In this document: positions 1 through 8,830 of the stretch, piece by piece | How positions within the stretch are numbered: position 1 is the first letter of the stretch | Layout of the letters: every line of letters begins with the position of its first letter | Assembly (NCBI GenBank): GCA_964556795.1 | Contig: CAZKWZ010000001.1 | Coordinates: forward strand, 50,912-91,748 | Direction of reading: 5' to 3' | From: an uncultured Gammaproteobacteria bacterium | GTDB lineage: Bacteria > Patescibacteriota > Microgenomatia > UBA12405 | Length of the DNA: 40,837 nucleotides | The notes under the pieces: generated by a model | Databases searched by the model: none | What the model was told of the DNA's origin: nothing | The model's input: only the letters and a program-made list of their open reading frames with translations | Made by a program: the position numbers and the translations under genes

Positions 1-71
1 GTTTTTTGGAGAAAAATGAAATACAAAACAGCAACGAGGATTAAAACTAAAAGGATATAAACAAAAGTCAT
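1..71 (-). CDS. hypothetical membrane protein, N-terminal fragment (gene continues past the left edge)
   Basis: Own minus-strand reading: ATG at 71..69, 3 nt after the dut stop (75..77), open to position 1. It translates MTFVYILLVLILVAVLYFIFLQK, one hydrophobic helix. Too short for the ORF track. Confidence 0.3.
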   Translation of the reverse strand, partial: MTFVYILLVLILVAVLYFIFLQK

Positions 72-74
72 AGT

Positions 75-506
75 TTATTTTACCCCAGTAGTGCCGAATC
101 CCCCACGGGAAGGATTGGGCATAGAGTCGACCTCGTCAAAATCAAAATTTTCACACTTTATTAGAACCAGTTGACAGAGACGATCGCCCTTGTTGATATG
201 AACTATAGCATCGGTAAAATTGCGAACAGCAAAATGATATTCATCATCGTTACCACAGTAATCGCGATCCATAATTCCAACTCCATTAATTCCCTGAAGA
301 CCAAGTTTGTGAGTGGAAGAACGGGGAGCGAGTAAAACAAAATAGCCATCGGGAATTTTAATGGTCACATTCATGGGAATATAGGCAATTTCCTTTGGCT
401 TTATATCCATATCAAGCCGAGTACAGAGGTCAACGGCGACAGCGCCGGGAGTTTTGTGAACTGGTAGGGGGAGTCTTTTGTCAAAGCGTTTGATGAGAAG
501 TTTCAT
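75..506 (-). CDS. dut: dUTP diphosphatase (dUTPase)
   Basis: 143 aa with all five trimeric dUTPase motifs: GAVAVDL, APRSS, GIMDRDY, GDRLCQLV and C-terminal RGGFGTTG. ATGA overlap with the upstream helicase gene. Confidence 0.9.
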   Translation of the reverse strand: MKLLIKRFDKRLPLPVHKTPGAVAVDLCTRLDMDIKPKEIAYIPMNVTIKIPDGYFVLLAPRSSTHKLGLQGINGVGIMDRDYCGNDDEYHFAVRNFTDAIVHINKGDRLCQLVLIKCENFDFDEVDSMPNPSRGGFGTTGVK

Positions 507-3500
507 TTGAAATATTTGTCAAATAAAATATGTAAATGGTCTTTGTCTTCACACTTGTCATTGGGGGTAAAATCAAGAGATTTAATTTTTCCAAAAACCT
601 CGGTAATTTGAGATTTTAATCTGGTAACATCTTCGACTGTAAGAGGATAATTTTTACGAACAAAAAGATTTTTATTATTTTTTTCAATAAAGTCGATAGT
701 GCCGGAAACCACTTCATAAGGAAAAGCCTTGGCCTCAGAGCAAAGTAATTTATAAAAAACTAGCTGACGGAAATAATCCCCCTCGGGACCCAATTCCTGA
801 TATTTAGAGTCGGGTTTACCGGTTTTGTAGTCAACAACATTGACGGTATTCCCTGATAAAAATTCGATTTTATCAATTTTCCCGGTGAGTGGAATGTCGT
901 TCATCCGGACGTTATAAGATTTGAAATCATGCTCAGTAAAACAACGACCATTAAATTCACTTTTATAATGTTCATAATAGTCACTCAAAACTTGGTGGCC
1001 GTATTCCAATAAATCCTGATAATCATTTTTGGATAAATTCTCGCGACGTAAATTAAAATCAAAAATTGATAATAATTTAGAGAGAGGGATTAGGGTGTTA
1101 TCTTTTTTATAAATTTCAGTAAGATAGGCTAAAGCGCCATGGACACTGGTACCAAAGGAAAGAGATTTAGTTTTAGGGTAAGGGAGGCGAAGAATAGTTT
1201 TAAAGAAAAAACAGAGTGGACATTTGAGATAAGAATTGAGGTGAGTAATATTAAAACGATATTGAGTTTCTAAATAGTTTTGAAGATAGGACCTCAAGTT
1301 GGTTGATTGGAGAACGGGGATGGATGGGTGAAATAAGGAAAGTAAAGATTCTTTTTCAATACCAGTATCCGAAGATATTTTTTCAACAAGCTTCGGGTTT
1401 ATCTCACTGACAAATTGGGAAACTAATTGCTCCCGACGGGAATTATTAAAACGGGAATAAGAGATATAAATTTGTTTTTTGGCACGAGTGAGAGCCACAT
1501 AAAAAAGACGGCGGTCTTCCTCAAGAGACTCGGCGGCAGCTAGGTCGTATCGGAGAATCCCCAGGGGCAATTTTATGAGAGAGCGGCTGGAGGCAGAATC
1601 CCATTTACCGGATAAAACTTTAATCAAAAAGACATGCTCAAATTCCAAACCCTTGGCCTTGTGAACAGTCATCAGACGAAGACTATTGTCGACTTCGGAA
1701 ATTAGAGGCGAGGAGTTGAGAGGTAGATCGTTTTCGAGAAGAAGATTAATTTTTTGGGTCCAGGTAAATAAATCAATTTTTTCCAGTAGAAGGATTTGTT
1801 TGAGGTGTGAATAGAGAGTGTTTAACTGTTTTAGTAATGATATATTGCCTGTTTTTAGGATAAATGGTAGATATTTAAATTTTCTAATAATCAAATTAAA
1901 AAGTTCATCGGCTGGAAGACTAGCAGAAAGTTTTTTAATTTTAGCGACGCGAAGAGTAAAGATATTCAAATTTTTAGCAAAAACCTTAGAAAATTTTTTC
2001 TCAACTAGTTTTTTATCAAAAATCAGCTCGGAAAGAGCTCGTCTTTTTTTGGAAGCCAAATGAAAAAGTCGATAAAGCTCAAGAGAGTTGAGGTGAAGAA
2101 ATTTAAAAGATAAAACATGGAAAAGGAGGGTATCATCGTCAGGATTACTAAGGTATTTTAAAAGGGTTAAAAGTTGCTGGATTTCCGGGGTGTCCAAAAT
2201 ATTGACAGAATCAGAGCGAAGATATTTGAGGTTATTTTGCGCGAGGTATGGGAGTAGGTCATTAACATCATTGTTATTTCGATACAGGACAGCGATATTT
2301 TTTGGGAGAACTCCTGATTTGACTAAATCTTTAATTTTTCTAGCTACCCAGTAATTTTCTTCGATTACGGAATTGGCAGCAAATAAATTTATAGGGTCAG
2401 GATCGAAGGTACTAATAGACTTGAGGGATTTATCTATATTGCCGATATATTGGGTGATACGACTGAGGTTATGACTGATAACATCCTCGGAGGAATCGAG
2501 AATTAACTGATGGCTACGGTAGTTATTTTTTAAAACGATGAGTTTTAAATCTTTTTGATATTTTTGATAAAAGGTATAAACATTTTCCACACTGGCACCC
2601 TGAAAACGATAAATTGATTGGTCATCATCACCGACTACAAAAAGGTTGGGGTTAGCCTGATTTTTGGTTAATAGATTGAGAATTTCCATTTGAGAGGAAT
2701 TAGAATCCTGAAATTCATCAACCAAAAGATACTGATAGAGTTCTTGGTATTGGGAAAGCAATTCCGGATGAGTTTGGAAGGCTAAAATTACCCAGAGAAT
2801 CATGTCTTCATAGTCGTAAAGACCGCGTTTTTCAAGGGTTTTTTGATAGGATTGATAAATTAGAGATAAATCTCTAAGCTTGGGTAAATTGTTGTTTAGC
2901 GATTCAACAAAATCTTTGACATTTTTCTTTAATTCCGAGAGAGTAGAGGCGTCGGATTGATATAGAGTTTGAAAATATTTGAGGCGAATCTGATAAAGGG
3001 AATTAGTTTGGAGATTAGAAATTAGATTAGAGATTAGAAAGTTAATCTCGGTAGCAGCTTTGGGGGTGGCGCGGATTGACTGAAGTTTTTCAACAACCGG
3101 AGTAGCTAAAGTAACAAAATCAGCAGCGAATTTTATCAGCTCATCAAAACGGGCAGGAGAAATATTCTCTTTTTTTAAGGTAGATAAGGTGGAAATAATA
3201 TCTTTTTGATAAAAATAGGTGAAATTTAAGTTTTTTAACGGGCTACTTTGAGGGAGTTTATCAATTAAAGAACGGACAATTTCAATTTGAGTAATATCAT
3301 CGATGGCCTCAGATTCGACGGTAGATTTGAGAAAATATTCGGGATGATCTTTGATAACTGAGTTACAAAAGGCATGGAAAGTAGCAATACGGACATTGTA
3401 GGCGGAGGAACCAATGTACGAAAGTAGGCGCTCGCGCATATTAATAGCGGCATTTTCAGTGAAAGTAAGACACAAAATATTACTGGGATTAACCTGGGTT

Positions 3501-3652
3501 TCCTGTAGTATTCGTCCTATTCTTAGGGCTATAGTCTGAGTTTTACCGGTACCAGCACCAGCAATAACCATAACAGGTCCCTCAATAGTGTCGACAGCCT
3601 GACACTGCTGTGGGTTAAGCTTTTGATATTCGGAATCAAAGTTGGTAGTCAC
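503..3652 (-). CDS. UvrD/PcrA-family SF1 helicase fused to a C-terminal RecB/AddA-type PD-(D/E)XK nuclease domain
   Basis: 1049 aa, GTG start (cac at 3650..3652). Helicase motifs: Walker A GAGTGKT, motif II VDEFQDS, NYRS, VHKAKGLEFEHVF, YVALTRAK. C-terminal nuclease signature: GKIDKIE ... VVDYKTGK ... RQLVFYKLL. Confidence 0.85.
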   Translation of the reverse strand: MTTNFDSEYQKLNPQQCQAVDTIEGPVMVIAGAGTGKTQTIALRIGRILQETQVNPSNILCLTFTENAAINMRERLLSYIGSSAYNVRIATFHAFCNSVIKDHPEYFLKSTVESEAIDDITQIEIVRSLIDKLPQSSPLKNLNFTYFYQKDIISTLSTLKKENISPARFDELIKFAADFVTLATPVVEKLQSIRATPKAATEINFLISNLISNLQTNSLYQIRLKYFQTLYQSDASTLSELKKNVKDFVESLNNNLPKLRDLSLIYQSYQKTLEKRGLYDYEDMILWVILAFQTHPELLSQYQELYQYLLVDEFQDSNSSQMEILNLLTKNQANPNLFVVGDDDQSIYRFQGASVENVYTFYQKYQKDLKLIVLKNNYRSHQLILDSSEDVISHNLSRITQYIGNIDKSLKSISTFDPDPINLFAANSVIEENYWVARKIKDLVKSGVLPKNIAVLYRNNNDVNDLLPYLAQNNLKYLRSDSVNILDTPEIQQLLTLLKYLSNPDDDTLLFHVLSFKFLHLNSLELYRLFHLASKKRRALSELIFDKKLVEKKFSKVFAKNLNIFTLRVAKIKKLSASLPADELFNLIIRKFKYLPFILKTGNISLLKQLNTLYSHLKQILLLEKIDLFTWTQKINLLLENDLPLNSSPLISEVDNSLRLMTVHKAKGLEFEHVFLIKVLSGKWDSASSRSLIKLPLGILRYDLAAAESLEEDRRLFYVALTRAKKQIYISYSRFNNSRREQLVSQFVSEINPKLVEKISSDTGIEKESLLSLFHPSIPVLQSTNLRSYLQNYLETQYRFNITHLNSYLKCPLCFFFKTILRLPYPKTKSLSFGTSVHGALAYLTEIYKKDNTLIPLSKLLSIFDFNLRRENLSKNDYQDLLEYGHQVLSDYYEHYKSEFNGRCFTEHDFKSYNVRMNDIPLTGKIDKIEFLSGNTVNVVDYKTGKPDSKYQELGPEGDYFRQLVFYKLLCSEAKAFPYEVVSGTIDFIEKNNKNLFVRKNYPLTVEDVTRLKSQITEVFGKIKSLDFTPNDKCEDKDHLHILFDKYFK

Positions 3653-3689
3653 TACCCTATTTTAGCTGAGAAGAGACTATTTTTTCGGT

Positions 3690-3857
3690 TTAAATACCAG
3701 TGTTTTGTCTGAGATATTTGATACAGACAATGGCAGCCATCATAACAATGAAAAACATGCAGAGAGTGAAACCAGACATTCCGGTTTGACTTTGAGAACT
3801 TTTACTAACTGTTCTTCTAGTAGCAGTTTTTTTGGGGGCAGTTTTTTTAGATTTCAT
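3690..3857 (-). CDS. small basic tail-anchored membrane protein (55 aa), hypothetical
   Basis: Own translation of the gap between hydrolase and helicase genes: MKSKKTAPKKTATRRTVSKSSQSQTGMSGFTLCMFFIVMMAAIVCIKYLRQNTGI, ATG at 3857..3855, TAA at 3692..3690. Lys/Arg/Ser-rich N-terminus plus one TM helix. Below the 60-aa cutoff of the ORF track. Confidence 0.35.
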   Translation of the reverse strand: MKSKKTAPKKTATRRTVSKSSQSQTGMSGFTLCMFFIVMMAAIVCIKYLRQNTGI

Positions 3858-3924
3858 AGAAAGAATGTTAATTAATTTAAATTAGTATAGACAATAATTA
3901 AGTAATAAGAAAAGGGGGTAAAAT

Positions 3925-4800
3925 CTATCGAATATACTTCTTTAGAAAGTCCAGCACGTGTCCTTCAAACTCTTTGGGGAATTCTGAATGGATATCGTGG
4001 TGGGAATTGACTTGCCAAAAGTCTTTGGGGGATAAGGCAAGGTTAAAAATATTTCTAGCGTCTTCACGATTGACATGTTCATCTTTTAAAGCCTGGAAAA
4101 TCAATATCGGCACCTTAACTCGGGATATGTTGTTTATGGCCGAATATTGGGAATAGTTAAAACCGAGCTCAGTGGTAGCAGCTAAATTTATTATCGGCCA
4201 AATAAAAGGCAGATAAGAATTATTTTTTAATCTGAATTTAATTAAAGAATCAACCGAGGCAAAGGGAACCGAGGCAATAATAAAATCCCCCTTACCACTT
4301 TGAGCGGTAGCAGTAATTGCCGAGGCAGCACCCATAGAGACTCCTAGATAACCAATTTTTTTATCAGTATTTTCCGGAAAAGATTTAACTAAATCATAGG
4401 TATCCACCAAATCGTGCCATTCCTGAGTACCCAAATAAATTTGTTGGCCCTCACTATCACCAAAGGAACGAAGATCGGGAATAATAGTGCTGTAACCGGC
4501 CTTTTTAAGATATTCGGCATGAGCTATCATCTGGGATTTGCCACCGGGATTGGCAAAACCATGAGCCAAAATAACTACTGCCTGGGCATTTTTTACTGGA
4601 AAGTACCAATAAGCTAGTTTTTGGTGATTAGAACTGACGAAATACTTTAGCTCGGCGTTTTTGGCAAGTGGAGAATTGGTTTTGTCCTCAGTAGAGTGAA
4701 TACTTAATTGACGGCGAATTTCGGTAACCGATTGTCGATAAACAGAAACACCGGGAATAGCAATTAGGGCCAATAAAACCAAGATAAAGAACCACTTCAT
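3925..4800 (-). CDS. membrane-anchored alpha/beta-fold hydrolase
   Basis: N-terminal TM helix, HGFANPGG oxyanion-hole region, nucleophile elbow GVSMGA (GxSxG), C-terminal acid/His candidates (ALKDEH, SHHDIH). Confidence 0.8.
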   Translation of the reverse strand: MKWFFILVLLALIAIPGVSVYRQSVTEIRRQLSIHSTEDKTNSPLAKNAELKYFVSSNHQKLAYWYFPVKNAQAVVILAHGFANPGGKSQMIAHAEYLKKAGYSTIIPDLRSFGDSEGQQIYLGTQEWHDLVDTYDLVKSFPENTDKKIGYLGVSMGAASAITATAQSGKGDFIIASVPFASVDSLIKFRLKNNSYLPFIWPIINLAATTELGFNYSQYSAINNISRVKVPILIFQALKDEHVNREDARNIFNLALSPKDFWQVNSHHDIHSEFPKEFEGHVLDFLKKYIR

Positions 4801-5354
4801 GATTTTAGTTTAGCAGTCTCCGAGGACAAATAAAGCTTCGCGGCGCGATGAATAAAATTTATTTGATGATCCATAGTGTTGACCGGAAGTTTAGAAATTG
4901 GAAAAAGGTAGGGACGGGCCGATTCATATTCGACTACCTGATAAAAAACCGGTTTTGATTCAGGACCACGACGAACTTTCTGGGTCAGATGTCCAACAAA
5001 AACAGGATCACCGATAAGCTTTAGATCTTTCATCTCGCCATTTTTAAGACGTTCGTAAGCGCGAGTTGGCATACCCCATTCATCAGTATTGGGCATATCA
5101 TCGGCAATTAAGCAGGTGCCTGGGGTGTGATATAAGTTTGGCCACCATAAATCATTTGGACCACGATTATATAAAACAATGTTAACCTCCCCATTGGAAT
5201 CCAGACAAAGCGGAACAACTTCGATAGTGATAGTAACCTTCAGACGAGTTAATTCGACAAAAAGATCGTAAGGGATAAGGCCGGATGCAGGTAAACGTTT
5301 TAGTTTGGCGGCAATGTCTTTGATTTCAGTGTCACTGAGGGTATTGATAGTCAT
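4797..5354 (-). CDS. hypothetical protein (possibly a Nudix-like fold with a degenerate Nudix box)
   Basis: 185-aa ORF in an operon-like string, with ATGA overlap to the hydrolase gene. The segment VVPLCLDSNGEVNIVLYNRGPNDLWWPNLYHTPGTCL resembles the Nudix beta-core, but no GX5EX7REUXEEXGU box is present. Confidence 0.55.
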   Translation of the reverse strand: MTINTLSDTEIKDIAAKLKRLPASGLIPYDLFVELTRLKVTITIEVVPLCLDSNGEVNIVLYNRGPNDLWWPNLYHTPGTCLIADDMPNTDEWGMPTRAYERLKNGEMKDLKLIGDPVFVGHLTQKVRRGPESKPVFYQVVEYESARPYLFPISKLPVNTMDHQINFIHRAAKLYLSSETAKLKS

Positions 5355-5357
5355 TTT

Positions 5358-5591
5358 TTAAATTTTTTTATCAGTAGTTGGCGGGACAATTTTTTGGACA
5401 AAGTTGGCCAAATCCCCCTGAATTTCTAAACGAAATTCACCCTCGGGTGAGTCAATCTGGAGACTGTGATAATTATCGTCAAAATCATTTACCCGAATCA
5501 TGGCAGGACCAGCTACTTCTTGTCCATTACTATCAATTATTTTTTCATCAGCGGGTAATTCGTAGATATTGCCATTAATATGTTCGACCAT
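5358..5591 (-). CDS. hypothetical small acidic protein (77 aa)
   Basis: ORF tightly packed between neighbours (3-nt and 8-nt gaps) on the same strand. No recognisable motif. Confidence 0.5.
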   Translation of the reverse strand: MVEHINGNIYELPADEKIIDSNGQEVAGPAMIRVNDFDDNYHSLQIDSPEGEFRLEIQGDLANFVQKIVPPTTDKKI

Positions 5592-5599
5592 AGATTATT

Positions 5600-6214
5600 T
5601 TAACAGGGTTTAATAAGATTTTTTAGAAATTTAAAATCTTTTTTTTGACAGGCATTAATAATAGGATCAAATATTTTTTGAAGTCGAATATCAGTCTCGG
5701 GAAAGTAGGTCCGACGACCATAACTACCGACTGCAAATTTTTGCGATTGATATTCAGCGGCACGGTAGATTTGTTCATCATCAGTAAGATTTGGATAGTT
5801 TTTTTTACCATACCAATAAGCCCGGGAAAATTGTTCACCCGGGTCATCGAAGCCACCTCCCCGGTCAGCATCACTAATTATTTTGGCGACCAAAGTTTTT
5901 GGATTTCCTGTAGAGGCACGATGTTGCCCAACAGCATGACACAATTCTTCAAAGTCCTCTTCTGATAATTGAGATTTTAAATATGTGTCATTTCGGATTA
6001 ATTTTTCTCCCTCGACCTCGTGATTTTCTCGATTAACAGAAAGACCAATGTCGTGGAGGGTGGCAGCTAAATAAACTAAATTAATTTTGTCAGGAGCGTA
6101 TTTTTTAGCCAATTCTCCGGCACATTTTCTAACTGCTTCTAAATGTTTTCGATTATGACCGCCATCAAATGAGTCATAGAGATTTTCATATCGATTTAAA
6201 TCAATATTTTTCAT
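5600..6214 (-). CDS. HD-domain metal-dependent phosphohydrolase
   Basis: 204 aa with H...HD...D signature: HNRKH, ATLHDIGL, ENHE, ISDADR. Confidence 0.8.
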   Translation of the reverse strand: MKNIDLNRYENLYDSFDGGHNRKHLEAVRKCAGELAKKYAPDKINLVYLAATLHDIGLSVNRENHEVEGEKLIRNDTYLKSQLSEEDFEELCHAVGQHRASTGNPKTLVAKIISDADRGGGFDDPGEQFSRAYWYGKKNYPNLTDDEQIYRAAEYQSQKFAVGSYGRRTYFPETDIRLQKIFDPIINACQKKDFKFLKNLIKPC

Positions 6215-6241
6215 AACTTTATTTTATAATACACTCCGACT

Positions 6242-6679
6242 ATGGAAAAACGCGAAACATATCGCAGAAATATTATTATGAAGCTGGAAAAATCCGGCGA
6301 CAGCGAAGATTTAGCGTTAGTGGAAATAATTCAACGAGCTCAACTGAGTGATCATTGGGGACATAAAGAAACTGTAAAAATAGGTGAGGCAAAAAATATG
6401 CGTGAATTTGCGACTTTAATTTTTCACGAATCGGGGCATTGCTATCATGGTTTTGGAACCGATAAGGATGAAGAACAGGCATGTTATGAGTTTGCCAAAA
6501 GAGTTTGTCAAAGGTTAAATTTACCCTTTAGTGAGGTGATTATGAGATATGGGGTGACTAGTGCGGCATTAATACAACTTAACCACGATGAATCGGCTTT
6601 TACCCTAGAAATAGATGCTTTTCCACCAAGAATAAGAGAGATACTAGGTTTGTCGGAACAGGTACAAATGACAGAATAA
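6242..6679 (+). CDS. small HExxH protein, ImmA/IrrE-like zinc-peptidase motif
   Basis: IFHESGHCYHG (HExxH) is followed about 10 residues later by EEQACYEFAKR, resembling the ImmA/IrrE (COG2856) pattern HExxH...E-x-x-A-x-x-FA. No HTH partner is nearby. Confidence 0.55.
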   Translation: MEKRETYRRNIIMKLEKSGDSEDLALVEIIQRAQLSDHWGHKETVKIGEAKNMREFATLIFHESGHCYHGFGTDKDEEQACYEFAKRVCQRLNLPFSEVIMRYGVTSAALIQLNHDESAFTLEIDAFPPRIREILGLSEQVQMTE

Positions 6680-8116
6680 TTACTTGAGCAATTTTTCGAG
6701 GATTTCTTTACCGCTTTGGGGATTGGCAGAACCCTTTGATATTTTCATTAATTGACCTACCAGAAAACCGATAGCTAGGGGATTTTTGTGATAATCCTCT
6801 ACAGCTTTGGGATTAGCATCGATTACCTCTTTAGCAAATTTTTCCAAAGCACCAGTGTCAGAGATTTGGATTAAACCTTTTTCCTTGGCAATATCGACAG
6901 GATTTTTGTCGGTTTCATAGGATTCAACAATAACTTGTTTGGCCACTGAGGAAGATATTTCAGATTTAGAAACCGATTCAAAAAGTGAAAGGAAATAAGT
7001 CGAGTTAATTTTATCCAAATTAATTTCAGTTTGGGTTTCATTAAGCTGGGTACGAATGGCACCATTTAATAAATTGGCGATAAATTTGGCATATTCTGAG
7101 TTAGTAGAATTATTCAGGGCTGTTTCGAAAGCAGTCGAAAATATCAAATTTTCGGATAATAAATTGGCATCGTAGTCTGATAGACCTAGAGATTTATATT
7201 TAGCAATTTTTTCATCGGGTAGCTCGGGAAGAGTTTTTCGGATTTCCTCAATTTGATCTTTGGTAAAAGATATTGGAGGAATATCCGGTTCAGGGAAATA
7301 GCGGTAGTCAGCACTACCTTCTTTTTCACGCTGTAAAAAAGTTTGGTCCTTATCTGCGTCCCAGCCGCGAGTGGTTTTATTGGAAGAATTTTTGGCAATA
7401 CCATCAGATTGATACTGATCAATTTGACGTTTGATTTCATAGTTTATGGCGTTCATAACGCCAGTTAGTGAAGCAACGTTTTTGATTTCAGCCAAAGGAG
7501 TATAGATAGTGTTTCCATCATCGGTTTCAATTTTGACATTAACTGTGGGTTCGCAACGCATAGAACCTTTTTCAATATCTGCATCAGAAACGCCAATATA
7601 TCGGATAATTTGTTGTAATTTATTCAAATATTTTTTGGCCTCTTCGGCACTTTGAAGATCCGGTTCGGAGACAATTTCCACTAAAGGAACCCCGCTACGG
7701 TTAAAATCCAAAAGGGTTGAATCATCGACATGGATAGATTTGCCAGTATCCTCTTCCATGTGGGCCCGATTGATACGAATTAGATGTCCGTCAATGTCTA
7801 AGTGACCATTGATAGAAAAAGGTTTTTGAAGCTGAGTTATCTGATAGCCTTTGGCCAAATCCGGATAAAAGTAATTTTTTCTTTCAAAAAAAGATTCTTC
7901 GTTAATAGTGCAACCCAAAGCCAGACCTAATTTAATACACCATTCACAGGCGGTTTTGTTGGGAATAGGGAGGGCACCAGGTAAACCCAAACAAACCGGA
8001 CAAGTGTGAGTGTTGGCCTCAACATGAAAATGATCAGCGCTACAAGCGCAAAACATTTTAGATTTTGTCTTTAATTCAACGTGAACCTCTAGTCCAATGA
8101 TAGGTGTAGTTTTCAT
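6680..8116 (-). CDS. gatB: Asp-tRNA(Asn)/Glu-tRNA(Gln) amidotransferase subunit B
   Basis: 478 aa. N-terminal IGLEVHVEL, Cys motif CACSADHF...CPVCLGLPGALP, FERKNYFYPDL, and a C-terminal YqeY-like tail (GFLVGQLMK). Confidence 0.93.
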   Translation of the reverse strand: MKTTPIIGLEVHVELKTKSKMFCACSADHFHVEANTHTCPVCLGLPGALPIPNKTACEWCIKLGLALGCTINEESFFERKNYFYPDLAKGYQITQLQKPFSINGHLDIDGHLIRINRAHMEEDTGKSIHVDDSTLLDFNRSGVPLVEIVSEPDLQSAEEAKKYLNKLQQIIRYIGVSDADIEKGSMRCEPTVNVKIETDDGNTIYTPLAEIKNVASLTGVMNAINYEIKRQIDQYQSDGIAKNSSNKTTRGWDADKDQTFLQREKEGSADYRYFPEPDIPPISFTKDQIEEIRKTLPELPDEKIAKYKSLGLSDYDANLLSENLIFSTAFETALNNSTNSEYAKFIANLLNGAIRTQLNETQTEINLDKINSTYFLSLFESVSKSEISSSVAKQVIVESYETDKNPVDIAKEKGLIQISDTGALEKFAKEVIDANPKAVEDYHKNPLAIGFLVGQLMKISKGSANPQSGKEILEKLLK

Positions 8117-8122
8117 ATTTAT

Positions 8123-8830
8123 TTATTTGCCTATAGTACCGCCCCATTCAACCACAGTAAAGCCACTTCTCTTGGGAGTAACAATCTCCGGCTCAACCAA
8201 AGTGGTAGGTTCGGTTAAATGTTTAAAATAAAACTCAACCCGGATAATAGTATCCGGAGTAGGGTTAATAATTAAATCCATATTTTTTCCGAGAAATTCA
8301 TCAGAAAATAGTTTGATTTCATAGTAACCGGTATCATTAAGGATTTTTAGCCAGTACTTTTTAAATTCAGTAGATTCTTTTTTATTTAACCCAAATTTCG
8401 GTAAATTTTTGTCAAACCAGGTTTTCAAATCAGTAGTAGCTACAACCCAACCAGTCTCAGGAATTTTATAATTGTCAAGTTGAGCTTCATAAAAAAGATA
8501 ACTATATTTATTGTCGATTAAGCCGTTTGGGGTAGCAATAACATACCAACCATTCTTGGGATATTTTGGAATGCTGGCAGTCAGAGTACCTTTAATATCT
8601 AATTTAACGGATACTGGCATGAATTTTTGAGGATAGAGATAAATGGCGGGTTTTCTGACTATGGGAAGAATTGGCTCAGGAGTAGGAGTGGGAATTTCAG
8701 TAGGAAGTGCGATGGGAGTAGGCGTAGGTTTTGGAGCAAAAACCGCCAATAATTGTCGATATTGGGTGGCGGCAAAAATAAATATCGCAATAATTAAAGT
8801 AGTGAAAACTCCATTGATAAAATTTTTCAT
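8123..8830 (-). CDS. hypothetical membrane-anchored extracytoplasmic protein with Pro/Thr linker
   Basis: N-terminal TM helix (FTTLIIAIFIFAA), linker PKPTPTPIALPTEIPTPTPEP, then a roughly 170-aa globular domain. ATGA overlap with gatA and a 6-nt gap to gatB. Confidence 0.7.
   Translation of the reverse strand: MKNFINGVFTTLIIAIFIFAATQYRQLLAVFAPKPTPTPIALPTEIPTPTPEPILPIVRKPAIYLYPQKFMPVSVKLDIKGTLTASIPKYPKNGWYVIATPNGLIDNKYSYLFYEAQLDNYKIPETGWVVATTDLKTWFDKNLPKFGLNKKESTEFKKYWLKILNDTGYYEIKLFSDEFLGKNMDLIINPTPDTIIRVEFYFKHLTEPTTLVEPEIVTPKRSGFTVVEWGGTIGK

Noticed and set aside
1818-2063. Short ORFs inside or antisense to long genes (for example 1818..2063, 3265..3453, 3974..4156, 4414..4617, 5378..5578, 5623..5965, 6276..6482, 6871..7440, 8643..8921, 10007..10237, 11375..11706, 11931..12137, 16358..16735, 17685..17906, 20935..21364, 23982..24170, 26988..27230, 28691..29301, 30797..31030, 31693..32425, 32542..32724, 33376..33588, 35909..36094, 36628..37190, 37858..38136, 39121..39315)
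   Set aside because: Each lies wholly within a much longer ORF that has clear family motifs. Their products are low-complexity or Ile/Phe/Lys-rich, as expected from AT-rich antisense frames.
503-3652. Helicase-nuclease considered as a stand-alone anti-phage defence gene (Nhi- or Gabija-like)
   Set aside because: The context is housekeeping (dut, translationally coupled) with no partner ATPase/TOPRIM gene, methylase or mobile-element markers. A repair or recombination role is the simpler reading. It cannot be excluded without a profile search.
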